Source: Amoebophrya sp. A120
Taxonomy: Eukaryota > Protista > Dinoflagellata
Direction: 5' to 3'
NCBI GenBank assembly: GCA_905178155.1
Contig: CAJINV010000004.1
Coordinates: forward strand, 7,694,771-7,758,770
DNA: 64,000 nucleotides
Positions 1 to 13,800 of the stretch are shown here, in pieces. Position numbers and translations under genes: made by a program. The stretch's first letter is position 1. Each line of letters opens with the position of its first letter. Below the pieces are notes generated by a model. It saw only the letters and a list, made by a program, of their open reading frames with translations. It was not told the DNA's origin and searched no databases.

Positions 1-219
1 AAAGTGCGGACTGTAGTTCTGTATGGCGTGGAAAAGCCTTGCAGCTACAGCATGACAGGAGGCAGGAGGAAGTGGGAAACAGCATGGCAAATTGCCTACA
101 AACGAGGCCACGACTGCGTCGCTTGGCCTTCTAGCAATGCAAGTCGATTTGTGTACTCGAATACAGCATCACAAATTTCGTTTTTGATATGGGACGAGGG
201 GGAATTTTTCCTTTTGATA
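1..219. mobile_element. Introner-like TIR element, family A, right end only (cut by window start)
   Basis: Ends in ATATGGGACGAGGGGGAATTTTTCCTTTTGATA, the family A right TIR. Confidence 0.7.
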
Positions 220-3200
220 TCCGTGCCGCTTTCGCCACGCGATGGTCCTCGGGCATTCTGTAAGCGTGGCGGTGGTCATATCCCGACCCGGGTGTGGCTT
301 CACGGCTCTCGGCGGCACTGGACCCCGGGCCGTGCTGACAGATGCCCCAGTCTTATCGTAAGGAAAAATCCCCCCTCCCCATATTCGAAAATTTGTGTTG
401 CTGATTTGAGGCCACAAATCGCATATGTCTTGCACGAAGACAAGTGCAGCAGCTTCCCCCCTATTATGGACGCGATTTCTCATGCTGTGAAGCCTAAAGG
501 GGAGCCGTTTGCCATGCTGAACAACTAGACCCATACGCCCCTACCTAGCCTGGGGATCTGGCCGCAATGCCTCTGTGCAATACAAAGCTGATTTGTGTAC
601 GCAAATCCAGCATCACAAATTCCCTGTTCGATACGGGGTGGGGGGATTTTTCCTTTCGATAAGTCTTTCCGACTCCAGGCTGCAGCGTTGGCCGACCCGA
701 ACTGGTCCTGGTGCGAAGAACTATCAAATGCAGTTGTGTCTGGGAGGTCTGGAAACTTGTAATGCTGGTTTGGGAATAGTGAATGCTCTGTGATGCACGG
801 CCAAGCATGAGAAATTATGTCTGCGCTGCTTTAGTGTTGCGCTTTCCGCACGACAAACTGCGTTTTTGCATGACAAGCAAAAGGCTCTCTTCTTGGGCAC
901 GCATCACAAACTTTTCAGTCATGCCAGACAAGCATGACAAACCTTGCATCCTTCCAGAGGACCCAGACATATTTGCAATGCATAAGAGCTGCCCGCACTC
1001 GAAATTTTCCGGAGGAGTTCGGTGTGCGCGCCGAAGTCCTCGACGACCCCGGCCCACGGAGGGGACAGCATCGGGTGGTCGCCAGGTGGATGCGGGCCGG
1101 TCGGCGGCGAGTATTACAGTGAAAAGTGCCCCCCACCCCCAAAGTTGCAAAAATTTGTGATGCGAAGTTTCCAAATGAAAACTTTTTGTCATGCATGAAA
1201 GGAGTACGAATCCTTCTGATGCAGAGTCTAGTCGTGTTTCGCATCGCTTGCATGACAAGCGCCGCTCTTGCTGGGATCTTTTGCAATACAAATTTTTGCT
1301 ATTCACGGTCGGAAATCTGTGATGCTGATACATGCAAGAGGGCGAATGTTTCATTTGGAAAGGTTTGCAATAAGTACAAATGCTTTCAAGTTCGGGGGTG
1401 GGGGCATTTTTCATTGTAATAGCGAGGTAGTGCTGTTCATTCGATGTTGTGAAGAGGAGGGCCCGGACAATAGCGCGAGGAAAAATCCCCCCTCCCCATA
1501 TTTTTGACAGGGTACGTTTTCGAAAATTTGCGTTGCTGATTTGTGGCTGTTTTGCAGAGTGCTGGTCCTCTGTGGCCACAAATCTGTCTTGCAGGAAGGC
1601 TTTGCAGAAGGCGTCCGCCGCATTATGCAAGCGGAGTCGGTATTAATACCGACTAATGGGAAAATAAATACAGCACGAACGTTTATTTTCATGCTAAGCG
1701 CCTAGGCCAAAAACCTCTCTACTATTAACTCAGGCGTACTATATGGGCCTGCAGAAGATGTCGTCCTCTCCAGCAACACAAATCTGATTTGTGTAGTACG
1801 CAAACTGAGCATCAGAAACTTCGTTTTGGTATGGGACAGATCTTTCCTTTTGATACCGTCTTCGGCCGAAACCGACCATTCGTCCTCCGTCGAGCTGGAG
1901 TCGTCATCGCCGTCACCGGAGTCATATCCCAGAGAAAAAAGCTGGCAGGTCATATTTGTAATGCCAAAATAAATACACAAAAAAATCTGTATTGCATAAT
2001 ATCCGAAAGAACAGCATACTATGGCTGTCCGCCCATGACGAGTCTTTCTGTGTGTAGTTTATTTTTGCATTACAAACATGTCCTGCCAGCTTTTTTATTC
2101 TCTGGGATAAGTCATCTTCCAGGTCCGTTTTGGCACCCGGATCCACGGTGTAAAACTTGTTCCGTGCGTATCAACTGTAAAAATGTCTGGGTCTGGAAGA
2201 ATTCACGTTTGTCATGCTTGTCTGGCATGACTCTTAAATCTGTTATGCACGTTACTACCCAAGAGCTCCGTTTTATTTCTGTGATGCAGAAGCGCAGTTT
2301 GTCATGCAGAATAGGCAACACCTAGGAGCTCAGAAACTTGTCATGCTGAGCCAGCATCTGTAGCCTCATCATGAGACGCCACCCAGCATCACAAGTTCCC
2401 AGACCCAGACATTTTTACTTTTGATAGTGCGTCTTGCAGCACCATGCGCTGGAGGTTCAGGTCCGCCGCCGATGAACCGGCAGCCCCGGAGGTACTATGG
2501 TCATCTCCCGCAAGAACTACTACACCCTCGCGCGAAGTATCCTGTGCAAAAGCATCGCACTCGTAGTAATTGCAGTCATGCATCACAAATTTTTTTCCTA
2601 AGGTAAAACAGCATGATAAATTCCATTTCTCATGCTGACGGAATTTGTAATGCGATTTCTGCCACTACGATGCTTTTGCAATGCATATGAAGAATCCACC
2701 AGCGATTTCCGGCGCGGCACAACCACTGCCAGCGGGGACATCTGCGGCGTTTCGGGCAACATCTGCGGGTGGTCCAGGTCCTCGTGGTGGTCATGACTGT
2801 GACGGCGAGGTAGAAGACGATGCAGATCTTCTTGCTCCACCAACCGACAACTCGATTGATCTCCTTCCCCTGACGTCGAGCAGCCGCACTATCCTGAGGA
2901 ACAAAAACGGGGCCCACACGACCCCAGAGTTGTCAAGATGGGGATTTATTTGCAACACAAACCTAGAAGTTTTGGGACTCACGCGTCAACACAAGCTGCA
3001 GCTACCGTAGTGTAGTGCAGCTTAGCAGGGTTAAACACATATCACAAATCCATCTGCTTATGTATGATCCTGGTGACAGCGTAAATACAAATGCCACAAC
3101 ACGACTAGAAACGCCTCTCATGGAGATGCGCATTGCAAATGTTCCTGTCATTGCAAATCCGCGTGACAACTCTGGGGCCGTGGCGACGTTTTTCCAAATG

Positions 3201-5250
3201 TTACGCGCGGAAGACGATTGGCCATCAGCATCGATGGACAAGAAGAACTAGTGGAAGCACCACCACAACTTTTTTGTAAGCTGAAACTATAGTCTGCCCC
3301 ACGTCGACCACCTCCAAAACCCGCTGCGCGAAGATGAGGACTTCTTGAGGCAGCTCCGCTACTGCCCGTGGTCGACGCACCTACATGGGGCGACGACAAA
3401 ACAGGCGCTGGTGGTGGTGTAGCAGCTTCATCCCGGTCGAAAAACGAGCCGCTTTGTTCCCCGTGTAGTTCCCTTTCTTGTTCGCGCCGCATGAAGGTGC
3501 TGCTGTTCAGGAACCCTTCTCGCGGCAGACGCTGGAAATTTCTGCCAGACGTTGTTCTGCCAGCAGGAGCGGGACCGGCACCACTGGTACTACTACTAGA
3601 CGGGAGCTGCTGCGTGCGGTCATGATCATCGGGGGTCTTTATTTTCACCACGGGTGTTAATATCATTTGTTCCATATGGGCGGCGTCTTCACTTCGGGAG
3701 GAGACAACAGGAAGGCACATCAGCTCCTCTTGTTGGTCTTCTAGATCCATCTGGAATAAGTCGTCTTGTGGCTCTTGTGCCTCCTCCTCCTGCGGCGGCG
3801 CGAAAAAATTCTGACCTACAGGTCGTGGTGCTACGAGTTCTAGGTCCGAAGAACCTCTTCGCACAAGAGCCGCCAGGGCGAGGCCTGCCGGTAGTTGCTG
3901 GGGGTTTTGTCTTGCTTGTCGTGGAGACGTCGCCATTTCGTCAGTTCGCAGTGTGGTCGCTCGGCAGTTCGCCAGTTCTGCGGGTCCCGTCGTCATCGTT
4001 GCACCTGTATCAAATGCAAACCGATGTCTGGGTCCTGCTCTCGATGACTGCGTATGCGTGTCCTTGTCATGAAGATTTTGTCCCTCGAATTATAGTAAAC
4101 CAGGTAACGCAAAAGTGGTAAAAGTACAGGTTCTTGGCCGGAGGCTTTTTTGTGGTAAGTACTTAATCTTAAGTATAGTAAAAACAAGAAACAGATCGTA
4201 ATAATTGCTGTTCATACAAGAGGACAGATTTTGGTGCAGCTTGTTACAACCACCGCCCAGCTGCGCGGCAGCCACCATCGCAAGTTAATATAATTTGCAC
4301 TGTAGTTCAATATCCAGAGCAGGACCCAGATCAACATCGTCGATATTTGCAACAAGCATAACCTGCACCAGCCTTCAGTCCGCCGTGGAGATGGAAGTCC
4401 TCGCAGTCATCGTGACGACCTTGTGCGGCGGCCACGTGGAGTAGAAAGTGGTCCGGCAAAACTTCCTGCGACGGGCTGACTCGTGACCCCAGACTGCCGG
4501 CGGGGGCGTGGGGTTCTTCCAGACCGCCGACCTCCAGTGACCGATCCTCGTCGTCCGATACAGTACTTTCCTCGTCGCGCATGGCTGCAACAGACCCCCC
4601 TGCGAGAAAACAAAAGCTGTCCATTGTAGAGGTCGTTGTCTCCCCAGAAATATACCGCGATGTTACAGCAGGAGTTTTTCTCCTTGCCACAGCAGATCTG
4701 CGCTGGATGAAGTGCTGCTGGTGATCATTCTTCGTGTGCACCTCGTTTCCAACTAGTAGTCCTGCAGCTGTTCCTGCTGCTGCGCCCACGAACTGCTGCT
4801 GGTGCTGTCCCACCGCCGGCGGTGGTCCTGGAGAAAAATTACCACTATTCTGATGCGCGCCGTCGTGCAGAAGAGGTTGAAATAATCCGGGCCGGCTCCC
4901 TGTTGCCTGCTGCGGTCCCCGTGTGGCCGCAAAGAGGAGCAACAACAATGCTTGCGGGACGACCTTCATGCTCTTTTTGTTGTCGTGCGTCTTCGATTTT
5001 TGGTCCTCCATGTCGTCGTGCGTGGTCCAAGGCGGTCGTGGAGGCGAGGATGTAAATAGCTTCCGAATAGTCCTACGGGTAGAAGTGCACGCCTTGCTGC
5101 ACCTGATACAAGTAGTACACGACTTGGTTGCAGCTTGGAGGTGAGCCAGAAGAGCTGGTAGAATGATCGTACTGGTACTTCTTACCCCAAAGTAGTAGTA
5201 TAGATACTCCTCGCTGCGCGGCGGAGGGTCGTGATGCAGGTCATGACAAA
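1..5250 (-). CDS. Hypothetical low-complexity (S/G/D-rich) protein, multi-exon; 3' end runs off the window, 5' end uncertain
   Basis: Exons at about 4361-5250, 3204-4007, 2688-2889, 2427-2537, 2110-2168, 1856-1924, 1422-1470, 985-1111, 662-721 and 220-353. They join into one open frame (KAGAG|ATMTTG..NRLPR|GCSTS..VDSS|REGVV..QDA|RNKFY..EDD|SGDGD..TTS|PPTGP..AGSS|SHQDQ..RKD|WGICQ) when each TIR element plus 5 nt is removed. Confidence 0.65.
354..661. mobile_element. Introner-like TIR element, family A
   Basis: TIR TATCGTAAGGAAAAATCCCCCCTCCCC / GGGGTGGGGGGATTTTTCCTTTCGATA; DR AGTCT; highly similar to 45750-46071. Confidence 0.92.
722..984. mobile_element. Introner-like TIR element, family B
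   Basis: TATCAAATGCA..GTCTGGG / CCCAGACATATTTGCAATGCATA; DR AGAAC/AGAGC. Confidence 0.88.
1112..1421. mobile_element. Introner-like TIR element, family C
   Basis: TATTACAGTGAAAAGTGCCCCCACCCC / GGGGTGGGGGCATTTTTCATTGTAATA; DR GCGAG; sibling at 25493-25796. Confidence 0.92.
1471..1855. mobile_element. Degenerate introner-like element, family A
   Basis: TAGCGCGAGGAAAAATCCCCCCTCCCC..CCTTTTGATA. The DR is no longer recognisable, but removing the element plus 5 nt keeps the frame. Confidence 0.75.
1925..2109. mobile_element. Introner-like TIR element, family D (long TIR)
   Basis: TATCCCAGAGAAAAAAGCTGGCAGG / CCTGCCAGCTTTTTTATTCTCTGGGATA; DR AGTCA. Confidence 0.92.
2169..2426. mobile_element. Introner-like TIR element, family B
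   Basis: TATCAACTGTAAAAATGTCTGGGTCTGG / CCAGACCCAGACATTTTTACTTTTGATA; DR GTGCG; near copy at 10498-10749. Confidence 0.93.
2538..2687. mobile_element. Introner-like TIR element, family E
   Basis: TATCCTGTGCAAAAGCATCG / CGATGCTTTTGCAATGCATA; DR CGAAG/TGAAG. Confidence 0.87.
2890..3203. mobile_element. Introner-like TIR element, family F
   Basis: TATCCTGAG..AAAACG..ACCCCAGAG with a degenerate right TIR; DR CGCAC/CGCGC. Confidence 0.8.
4008..4360. mobile_element. Degenerate introner-like element, family B
   Basis: TATCAAATGCAAA..TCTGGGTCCTGCT / AGCAGGACCCAGA..TTTGCAACAAGCATA; DR ACCTG; interior decayed. Confidence 0.8.
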
Positions 5251-8200
5251 GATGAAATACTGATAAGAAGTAGGTACAATTTTCAGTATTATTGTGATAA
5301 TGCTATGACCGCCTTCGTCTTTGGCGAAGACAGAAAATCTATTTTAGGTCGTTGAGGGTTATTATTATCTTTTCAAAAAAATCTTTAAATGAGTACCATG
5401 TGGTACGTATTTATTAGTAAGCTCTGGTAGTAGAGGGGAAAAAAAAAATCACAAAGAAGGATTACCACCGGAAAATGAGATCCGAGAGGGATCTCACTCT
5501 CACGAGGCAAATTTTTCCAAGAATATGAATCTTTTCATCACGGCGGGCTTTGTAAAATTTTCTTTCGGTCGTGTAAGAATTGAGAGTACCTCGACAAGTA
5601 TGGGGGGGGCGGATTTTTCTACTACACCGAACTTTTTAGTCCCCGCGGCGATACTTCTGTACGCACTGAATGACAAAAGCACGCGGGTATTAAAAACACG
5701 GTGAGGCGGGCGGAAATATGTTGATCAAAAAAGGCCTAATATCCGCATCGCGATAAGTACACTAGAGTACAGTGCGGTGGCAGGCTTGTAGGTTTACGAA
5801 ACGGCACAAAAATAGAAAAGATCTTCACGACTACATTATGTTATGCGTGAGAGGTGCTCGATCGATGTTCTTGTGTGGGTAAAAATATTATCCGATGATA
5901 TTTTTCAAAAAGTGTACACGGGAAGGAAGCGATAGTCTGGTCGGATATGTTTATACTACGCAGTATCGTCCTGGCTGCAGTCTACTTCCAGTGCTCGAAC
6001 AAGTGGCGCCACCCTTGGAAAGAAAAAAAAAATCGTAGTGCTGCACTTGTGCTTGTTTGTCCGATGTTCTTGCTAAAAATGGAAAGCGCTTGCTGCGATC
6101 CTTATGCCCTGGCGTCGGCCTTCTTTTCAATGGGGAAAAATTTCTAAAAAAAAACGAGTGAAAACCGCCAGCGTGGGCCGTTCTTTCGATATGATCGTAC
6201 TTGTGCTACTTGATAAATCTTTTATTTTTCCGTATGCGAAGGTAAATAAGTAAGTAGAATCGGGGTAGCGCAGTCGACCACCTGCTCCCTGCAAAGCTCG
6301 GTCGCTGGAGGTATTTTTCTATGAGAGTACTTTATCGTGCACTCATAAGTTCTGCCCTTTACACAGGTCGCCCGTCGAGTAGCAATTCGATTGCTTGTTC
6401 TGTGGAGGCTCTTTGGTCACTTCGATGCAGCTCCAGACCCAATGCGCGAGCGCGGTGTGGTGAATAATTCTTCCTGTCTGCCAAAATAAACAACCACGCT
6501 AAATAAAAATCAGGATTCCTATAGTGGATTATCGGGAGCGCGCGGCGATAACGTGGCGTAGTTCTACTTGCGATATAGTTTTATTTTTTTCTTTACACGC
6601 CGTGCCTCTTATTGTTCGACTTTCGTGTAGTTCTTGTTGTGCGACGTCGATTATGAGGTTTATATGCAGAGTTTATTTCATCTACTGCAGAAAGCCACTC
6701 GTATTTATTTCGAAAGAACTTTTATTACGGTTCAGTATCCGAGCTCCCGCTGCAGCGGGGAAAGCTTTTGATAAAAAAAGCCCAGTTCTTTTTCGGACAG
6801 TTGTCAGGGCTCTTGTTCTGCTCCTGTATGCTAAAATTTCTACTATACCTCCTAGTAAAAGTAGTCGCGCAGATGAGTTGTGTGGTACTCATCTACTTGA
6901 CCCCGAGCGAAGTGAGCAAATAGTTACCGCACTTAATGGTCTACTTCTGCGCTGAAGTATGGAAAAGTGTGGCCTACTGTGGAGAATAAAAGTCGTAAAA
7001 AAGTGGTTGTATTGGAAAATCAAAAAACAACACCACCAGACTGTCACACACCAAGTCGTGCGAACAGGAAATTACATTGTTGTAGTTGTAATGCTGTGCT
7101 TCATAATTTCTTCTCTATTCCTTCCGTTTCTCTATAGTTTCAGCGTGTGCTAGCTTCTATCTGCTCGTGTGGCCCTGTAAAACTAAAACCCCGGAGGTGG
7201 GGAGGCTCATACGTTAAACAGGGAAAAATAGAAAGTTTGTAGTGGCGTAGTATTTGTGACGTCGTACAAATTCTTTGCTGATATTCTGTAATATCGAAAG
7301 AGCAGGTCTACGTCAGTGATGCGAACCGCGGTTTATTTCTCGTGCGGGGAGCAAATACTGAACAGCTTTCCGCAACACACGACCTAGCAGAGCCTCAATT
7401 TTTGTAAACTGTCTGATTCTTCGCGCGCCTTCCCGAAGTTTTAGTAAAACAAACCGCGTCAAGTGATGCGAGAGTAAGCTTGAAATTGAAAATTCAAAAA
7501 CTAGAACTTCCTTCACCTTTATTTATTATGTGGCGAAGCTGCAACAAGGTCACGAGGACACAAGCAAGACAGTTTTAAAAATGTTTCATCTCTACTTCTG
7601 TGTGCGCCGTCGAAAGTAGAACCTACGAATTTTTATAGCGCAATACTCACTATTGAAGTGACTCTTGTGCTGGTGTTCTCCGAGGGTCTATTTGAGGCAG
7701 CTTGCGGGACAAGAGGAGAAAGATAAAGAATATGAAAACACATGGAAAATAAAATTATGTGACACGAAGTAGGCCCGATAATTTCTTTTTATGGATAAAT
7801 CATATCACTTAAAGTTGAACTCAAGACTACTTCTTCGATCCAGTCAAAAAACCGAGTAGTAGAAGAGTCCATCGGCGAGGCCTGCGCATTCTATCAACAG
7901 TTAGCTGTTTCTACTTATTTTACGACGTCCATTCAATCGCAAATCAAACCGGAAAAAGCAACACAGACTTTTGCTCTCCGCAGCTTCTGTACGATTGGTG
8001 GGCTCCTTTCAGGGTCGTTTTATTATCTGAGTAATTGAATTCCGCGCCCGGTCGGTGGTCCCCCGAGATTATTCGCTTCTTTTCGCTAAAAATTATATAA
8101 TCATAAAAATCTAAATCGCTACAAATCTATCGATATTGATCATCAACGATGGCACAGTCTTGCCATCAGCGAAGTAGATAGCATTAGTGGTTGTGTCATC

Positions 8201-10497
8201 AGGACAACTCGTCCAGAGGTAGTACTTGTGATTGTGTCATCGGGACAACTCCAGAGGTCTCGTTTCCTCGATTCGTGACTTCTCAGATTTCCTATCACAA
8301 TTTTCTATTGCTGTGTGTGTGTGCGGGGGCAGCTTTGTGACAGCGAAATCTTCCTCCTAGTCGAAATAGTTCTTCTTGTACGGGCGCGGGCCTCTAAAAA
8401 ATACTATCGAGATGAACTATGTACTAGAATACTCCTGAAGCTGATGTAAGGAAACAATTTCATCGAGTGACGTTCTTGACCTAGTCTTGCTGAAGATTCA
8501 GGTTAAATTAGAAACTGTGTCCTCTTTTTATGTATCAAAGTATAGCTATAGTTGAAAGCCTTTTACACGCGGAAATAACAATATCAATAATTCTTGGAAC
8601 AATTATACCTCCAAAAAAAAAGCATATAGTGATAAAAATCCGAATACTATACCGCTACAAATAAAATCTACTAGTGATGTTCCATCTCCTCCTCAGATTT
8701 TATTCCTGGGATTTTTGTTCCAAAATTTTTTTTAATTCAGTTGTCTCAACATCATGATCTTCTCTAACCGCCGGAGATGAGGAGACAGAATAAGTGCGTC
8801 CGGGGTGCCCCCCAACCCGGACACCCGCCGGCGTGGCCAGAATACCGTGTATAGTTCAGTGTGCTCGAAGTTGCAGATTCGCGCGTTGCTGTCGTTGTGA
8901 CATCGCAGTTTGACCACGCCGCGTTGTTTATATGCCTATAAGTGTTCTTGATCAGCGATTACATCATGAGTAAAAAGTAAGCCCCCGCCATCTTTTACAT
9001 TTACTTCTCTGATGGTGGGCACAGGTCATTAATTTTATCTTCAACTTCAACTTTCTAATTCTAGTATCTCTAATTCTCCAATCGCTCCGGCTTTTCTATC
9101 ATTTTTATGTTTATCATTTGAAATGATTCCTAGAGTATAAATAATCTTTAGACCAATTTGAATACACCCGGCGGGTGCAGCTACACGCCGTTTTGTTTTA
9201 TCCACTACTCCCTTATGATGTTTCATCTTCACTAGCTACGGTATAATTGCTATGTATGATCCGACAACTTCGATGCGGCCGAACATAAGCGTATTAACTT
9301 CTCTACCTCACAAAGCAATACATCCTTCTTGCTCGATGGCGAGGATCAGCAGCAGGCTGCGTATAGTTCTAGATCTCCTTCTTGTTTTCTCGTCGCGTTC
9401 TATCTTCTTTCTCTATCCATACATGCTATAGTACTACCTAGGCTTAGTATCGACACAACAATCGATTGTGATTGTGTGCTGCTGGATCCGGGAAAAAATA
9501 AGAATAACTTCTGATAAGCGAGATCCATTTCTGCCGCCCTCATCATGGGCTGTTGAAGATTCAGAGGCGACGTCACTTCTGCGCCACAAAAATCTATACA
9601 CAATAATTCCGGAAAAAGTATGAAACGGATCCACTCACTTCGCAGCAGCCGCGGCAACAAAAGTTCTTGTTGCATCAACAAGTCCTGGAATAAATAGCGT
9701 AATATTGGATCATGCTCAGGTCTACTGTGGGATCATGATTCTGCATTCCCAATTGCTTCGTTTTCAAACGGACAAAAAGGTCAGCTGATCTTTGATCTCA
9801 CCACAAGGTCGTTGCAAAAGGAACTTTTTGCACAGCTTTTGTGAGACACCAGGTCAACATAGTGAATGCTTATCATTTGTCGAGGAAGCAAGACAAAAAC
9901 CTTGGATGAACTCTCTTCGCGGCCAATTAGAAGGAAAACACGACAAAAGCTCAAGAACTGAACACTCCCACGACATCCAACCCCGGCGAAAGACTCCGTT
10001 CGTCCAGCCCTGTCGTTGAAAGATTAAAAACGGGCATCGTCCCGTAGTTCTTGCTACAGACCAATAATTCGAAAAGCAAAAAGTTGCGGTAAAAACAGCA
10101 GGTTTTTGGACGCAGCCGCGTGCAGCTTTGTCGGGCTTTTCTCAGCAGAGTTGATGAGCTTCGTCATCTTACTTTGCACACATATAGTTTCAATTGGCTG
10201 TAAACTCACGCGTGGTAAGTAAACTTTTTTATTTGATACTGTACGGAGTCTCTGTATCTACATGCGATTTTGACTGTGATTGATGAACTAGCGTATAAAA
10301 ATAGCAGGTCGGCTTTACGGTGGCGTTGTTTTTTCAAAGTAAGTTTTACAATGGGCTCATGCATTAATCTTCTAGTCTAGTGCTCTGATTCAGAACCTGT
10401 GATGCAGTGTGGACATTCAAGAACTCAAAGCGGTTGGCAACTTTCTACAAACCTTAATGGGCGGCACAGGAGCATTCTATTGGCGCATTCTATTGGC

Positions 10498-10749
10498 TAT
10501 CAACTGTAAAAGTGTCTGGGTCTGGAAGAATTCATGTTTGTCATGCTTGTCTGGCATGGCTCTTAAATCTGTCATGCACGTTACCCAAGAGAACCGTTTT
10601 TCTGTGTTGCAGAGCCGCAGTTTGTCATGCAGAATAGGCAACACCGATGAGCTTAGAAACTTGTCATGCTGAGCCAGCATTCGTAGCCTCATCATGACAC
10701 GCCACCTAGCATCACAAGTTTCCAGACCCAGACATTTTTACTTTTGATA
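10498..10749. mobile_element. Introner-like TIR element, family B, in 3' UTR or intergenic DNA
   Basis: Family B TIRs; DR TTGGC; about 100 bp past the stop codon of the KDEL gene. Confidence 0.92.
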
Positions 10750-10849
10750 TTGGCAGTAGAGGTACAACATCGAGGCGAGAGTATAGAGAGCAAGATATCA
10801 TTTTCCAACTACCCGCTGCACTAGCTTGTTTCCCTCGTCCTAAGTAAAC

Positions 10850-13800
10850 TTACAACTCGTCCTTCCCGGGCTTGGCGAGCTTCATGCCCGGCATGACCGG
10901 GACGTCGGCAAAAAACTCGGCCCACTCTTGCTCCGTGCGGCTGGCCGTGAACTTCTTCACATCCGCGCCGGTCGAGCGGGCCAGCTTGGTGAGGTACGCG
11001 TCCACGGAGAGCTTCTTTGCGCCGGACGCCGGGGCCACTTCTGATTTGTATTTATTTTCGAGAGGACTTTATTTTGGACTCAGAACATAGTAGATGAAAA
11101 AGAAAATTATGTGGTTGAAGCAAAAAACTGGTGCTGTTGTACAACTCAAAATCAATAATGCTGTACAGTCAGTTGCCCCAGAGTGTAGTTGCATGGCGTA
11201 GAGGTACCAGGTAGAACAAATAAGGTGTACTTTTTACTTGGGAAGGAAAAAAAAATGCAAAAAGAATGAAGCCCGTAAACTTAGCATTTTCCAAAAATTC
11301 TATCCGTAAATAATACTTTCCGGAGTCTTCTTCTTTTCCTTTTTCGCCGTGCGCTGCTTTTTTGCCTTCTTGGCGCCCCTATGGATTGCAAAAGTGTCTG
11401 GGTCTGGAAGACTGCCAGGTTTGTCATGCAGGTTTTCCATAACCCATGAGGTCTGGTATGTAGGACATAGCATGACAGATTCTGCGCAACCTTTCCAATG
11501 CCTATCCTGCGTGAGAAACTGCCTCTCGATTAGGTCAAAAGTGAACAACTTTCGGCAATCATGCAACACAGTTTTTTGCCTGATTCAGATTTAGCATGAC
11601 AAGTTGCATTCTTCCAGACCCAGACATTTTTACATTTGATAGCCCCCCGTGGCCTCCACGCTGCAGTAGTTGAAGCGGTTACAGTATGCAAGAAAAAAGA
11701 CTGTGTAGGTGTATACTTTCTTGAGAAGACATAGCATCACAAGTTTTCTCTACTGCATGACACAGAAAATAACCTGTCATGCGTAGCTAGTATCAGTGAC
11801 AAAACGCACGAAAAGAGCCTCTGACGCATGCCCAGCATGACAGGTATAAGTGTCTTGTATCGTCTGCAACAGAAAGTTACACTTATACGGTTTTTTCGTT
11901 GGATATAGAGCAGAGTTTCGCGTCGAGCTTGCCCTGCAGGAAAATCTTGTAGGCGTCCTCCTCCATCTCGTCGCGGAGGTATCCTGTGCAAAAAGTATCG
12001 GCTCCCACCCCAGAGTCAACGACTGGAGATCACGCATGACAAGTTCCTCTCGGTACTATTGTAGTGCAGTTTAGCAAGCACAGCCGCATTAAAAATCCAT
12101 CTGCTTACCCTGTTTACAGCATTACAAACATCAAAAAACAACTACGAATGGCCCTCATGGGGATGCGCATTACAAATCTTCCTGCACATGCAAATCTGCA
12201 TGACAAATTGCTGGGGTGGAGACGACGTTTTTCCTCCGGATAGGATGATTTTCGTGCACACCTCCGACAGCCGCTTTTTCCAGTTGTCCCCGCCCATCTG
12301 GATGGTTGCCTGTCCGCCCGCGAGCTCTTTCTCCTCCGCCGCGAGAGCCGGCCCGGAAAGGACGTTTTTGCCTTGGAATTCGTTCATTTTATCTATTGCA
12401 ATGTAAAATCAAAAATGATGTTAAAAAGCTCCACGTCGCGCTTGCCCGCAATCACAGCACTAGTTCTACTTGCGCCACCTACTTCGAAATTCAATTTCTT
12501 TTTTTGTAAAATGCAAAAACTCCAACGGGAAACAATATATGAAGGTGTTCTATACCGTTCAAAATATGGATGCGTCAGGATCGAAATTGACAAAGTCGAA
12601 AAATTTGTAATGCATAAAATGTAGGGCACGCGTGGCCTGTGTTGGGAAGCAGGCAAATGAGTCCGATTGCAAGCCTGTTTAGGCGTGTGCAATGTGCTGC
12701 CAGAGTAGCATGACAGGCGCAGTCTCTGTTGCCCAAACAGCATGACAGACTGCATTTGGGTGCTCCCGAAATTTGTCATGCGCCGCTTGCAAACTGAGAC
12801 TCCAACTGGTATCGATTTTATGCATGACAAATTATTTCAACTTTGTCGATTTCAAACCTGACGCTTCCATACAAAAGCTTGACTCCGTACCCCTCGTACA
12901 CGTCGGGGCTGCAGGCTTTTTCCATCATGTTATCAACTGTAAAAGTGTCTGGGTCTCCTGGAAGATTCTGACACTTGTCATGCGCGTTTTGCATGAGCCA
13001 CGATGTCTGTGATGCATACCCTAGCAATACAGATTTTTTGAGGGCTTCGGCTTCTTGATGCCCATTCCGCATGACAAATGCCTTCTCAGCGTAGCAAGAA
13101 ATGCATTGTTCCCTTTGCTATTCATGCACTACAGATTTTTTTGGAATCCAAATGCAGCATCACAAGTTGCATTCCTCCAGACCCAGACATTTTTGCACTT
13201 GGTACATGTCCTCGACTTCCCACTCCCGCAGCTTCCCCTCGCGTGACTTCGTTCCCCGGTTGAAAAACGTGGCATTTGTATCATTTGTAAAAACGTCCTC
13301 ACTCCCCATAGTTGTAAAATGCAATTCTGCATGCTGAAGATGTTTCTCATGCGGAGCCCCATGAGCGAGGCGCTTGCTAGTTGTGTTTCGGAATTTGTCA
13401 TGCTCCAATCAGCACCATCACGACGCGCTGGGTCTGTGTTTATGCTGGCGAGCTAGCTCGAAACACGACTACACTACGAGGATCGAAACTTGTCATGCGC
13501 AACAGCCAAGCCTTGTGGATTTGTCTAGTTGATTTCCCATCTTGACTACTTATGGGGTCGTGGGGACGTAGTTTTTACACAGGATAATTTGTGTGGAACA
13601 TCACGGACTTGCACGAGTTGCACATGTACATGGCCGGCATGTTGTAGCCGTGCTGGTCCTCCTCCGTGATTTGCGGAGCCTCGATCTGTTTGTTGGCATC
13701 AAGGGGGTTATTTTACAAACATGCTTTTTACCCCTTCTGAACAACGAGATGTTGACGCAAGAATCGTACAAAAGACCCGGCGCATGTGGTGCCACTGACA

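Noticed and set aside
5260-10480. Genes or RNA genes in the 5-kb spacer
   Set aside because: Only short unconvincing ORFs and a small imperfect duplication near 8190-8260; no tRNA or rRNA signature seen.
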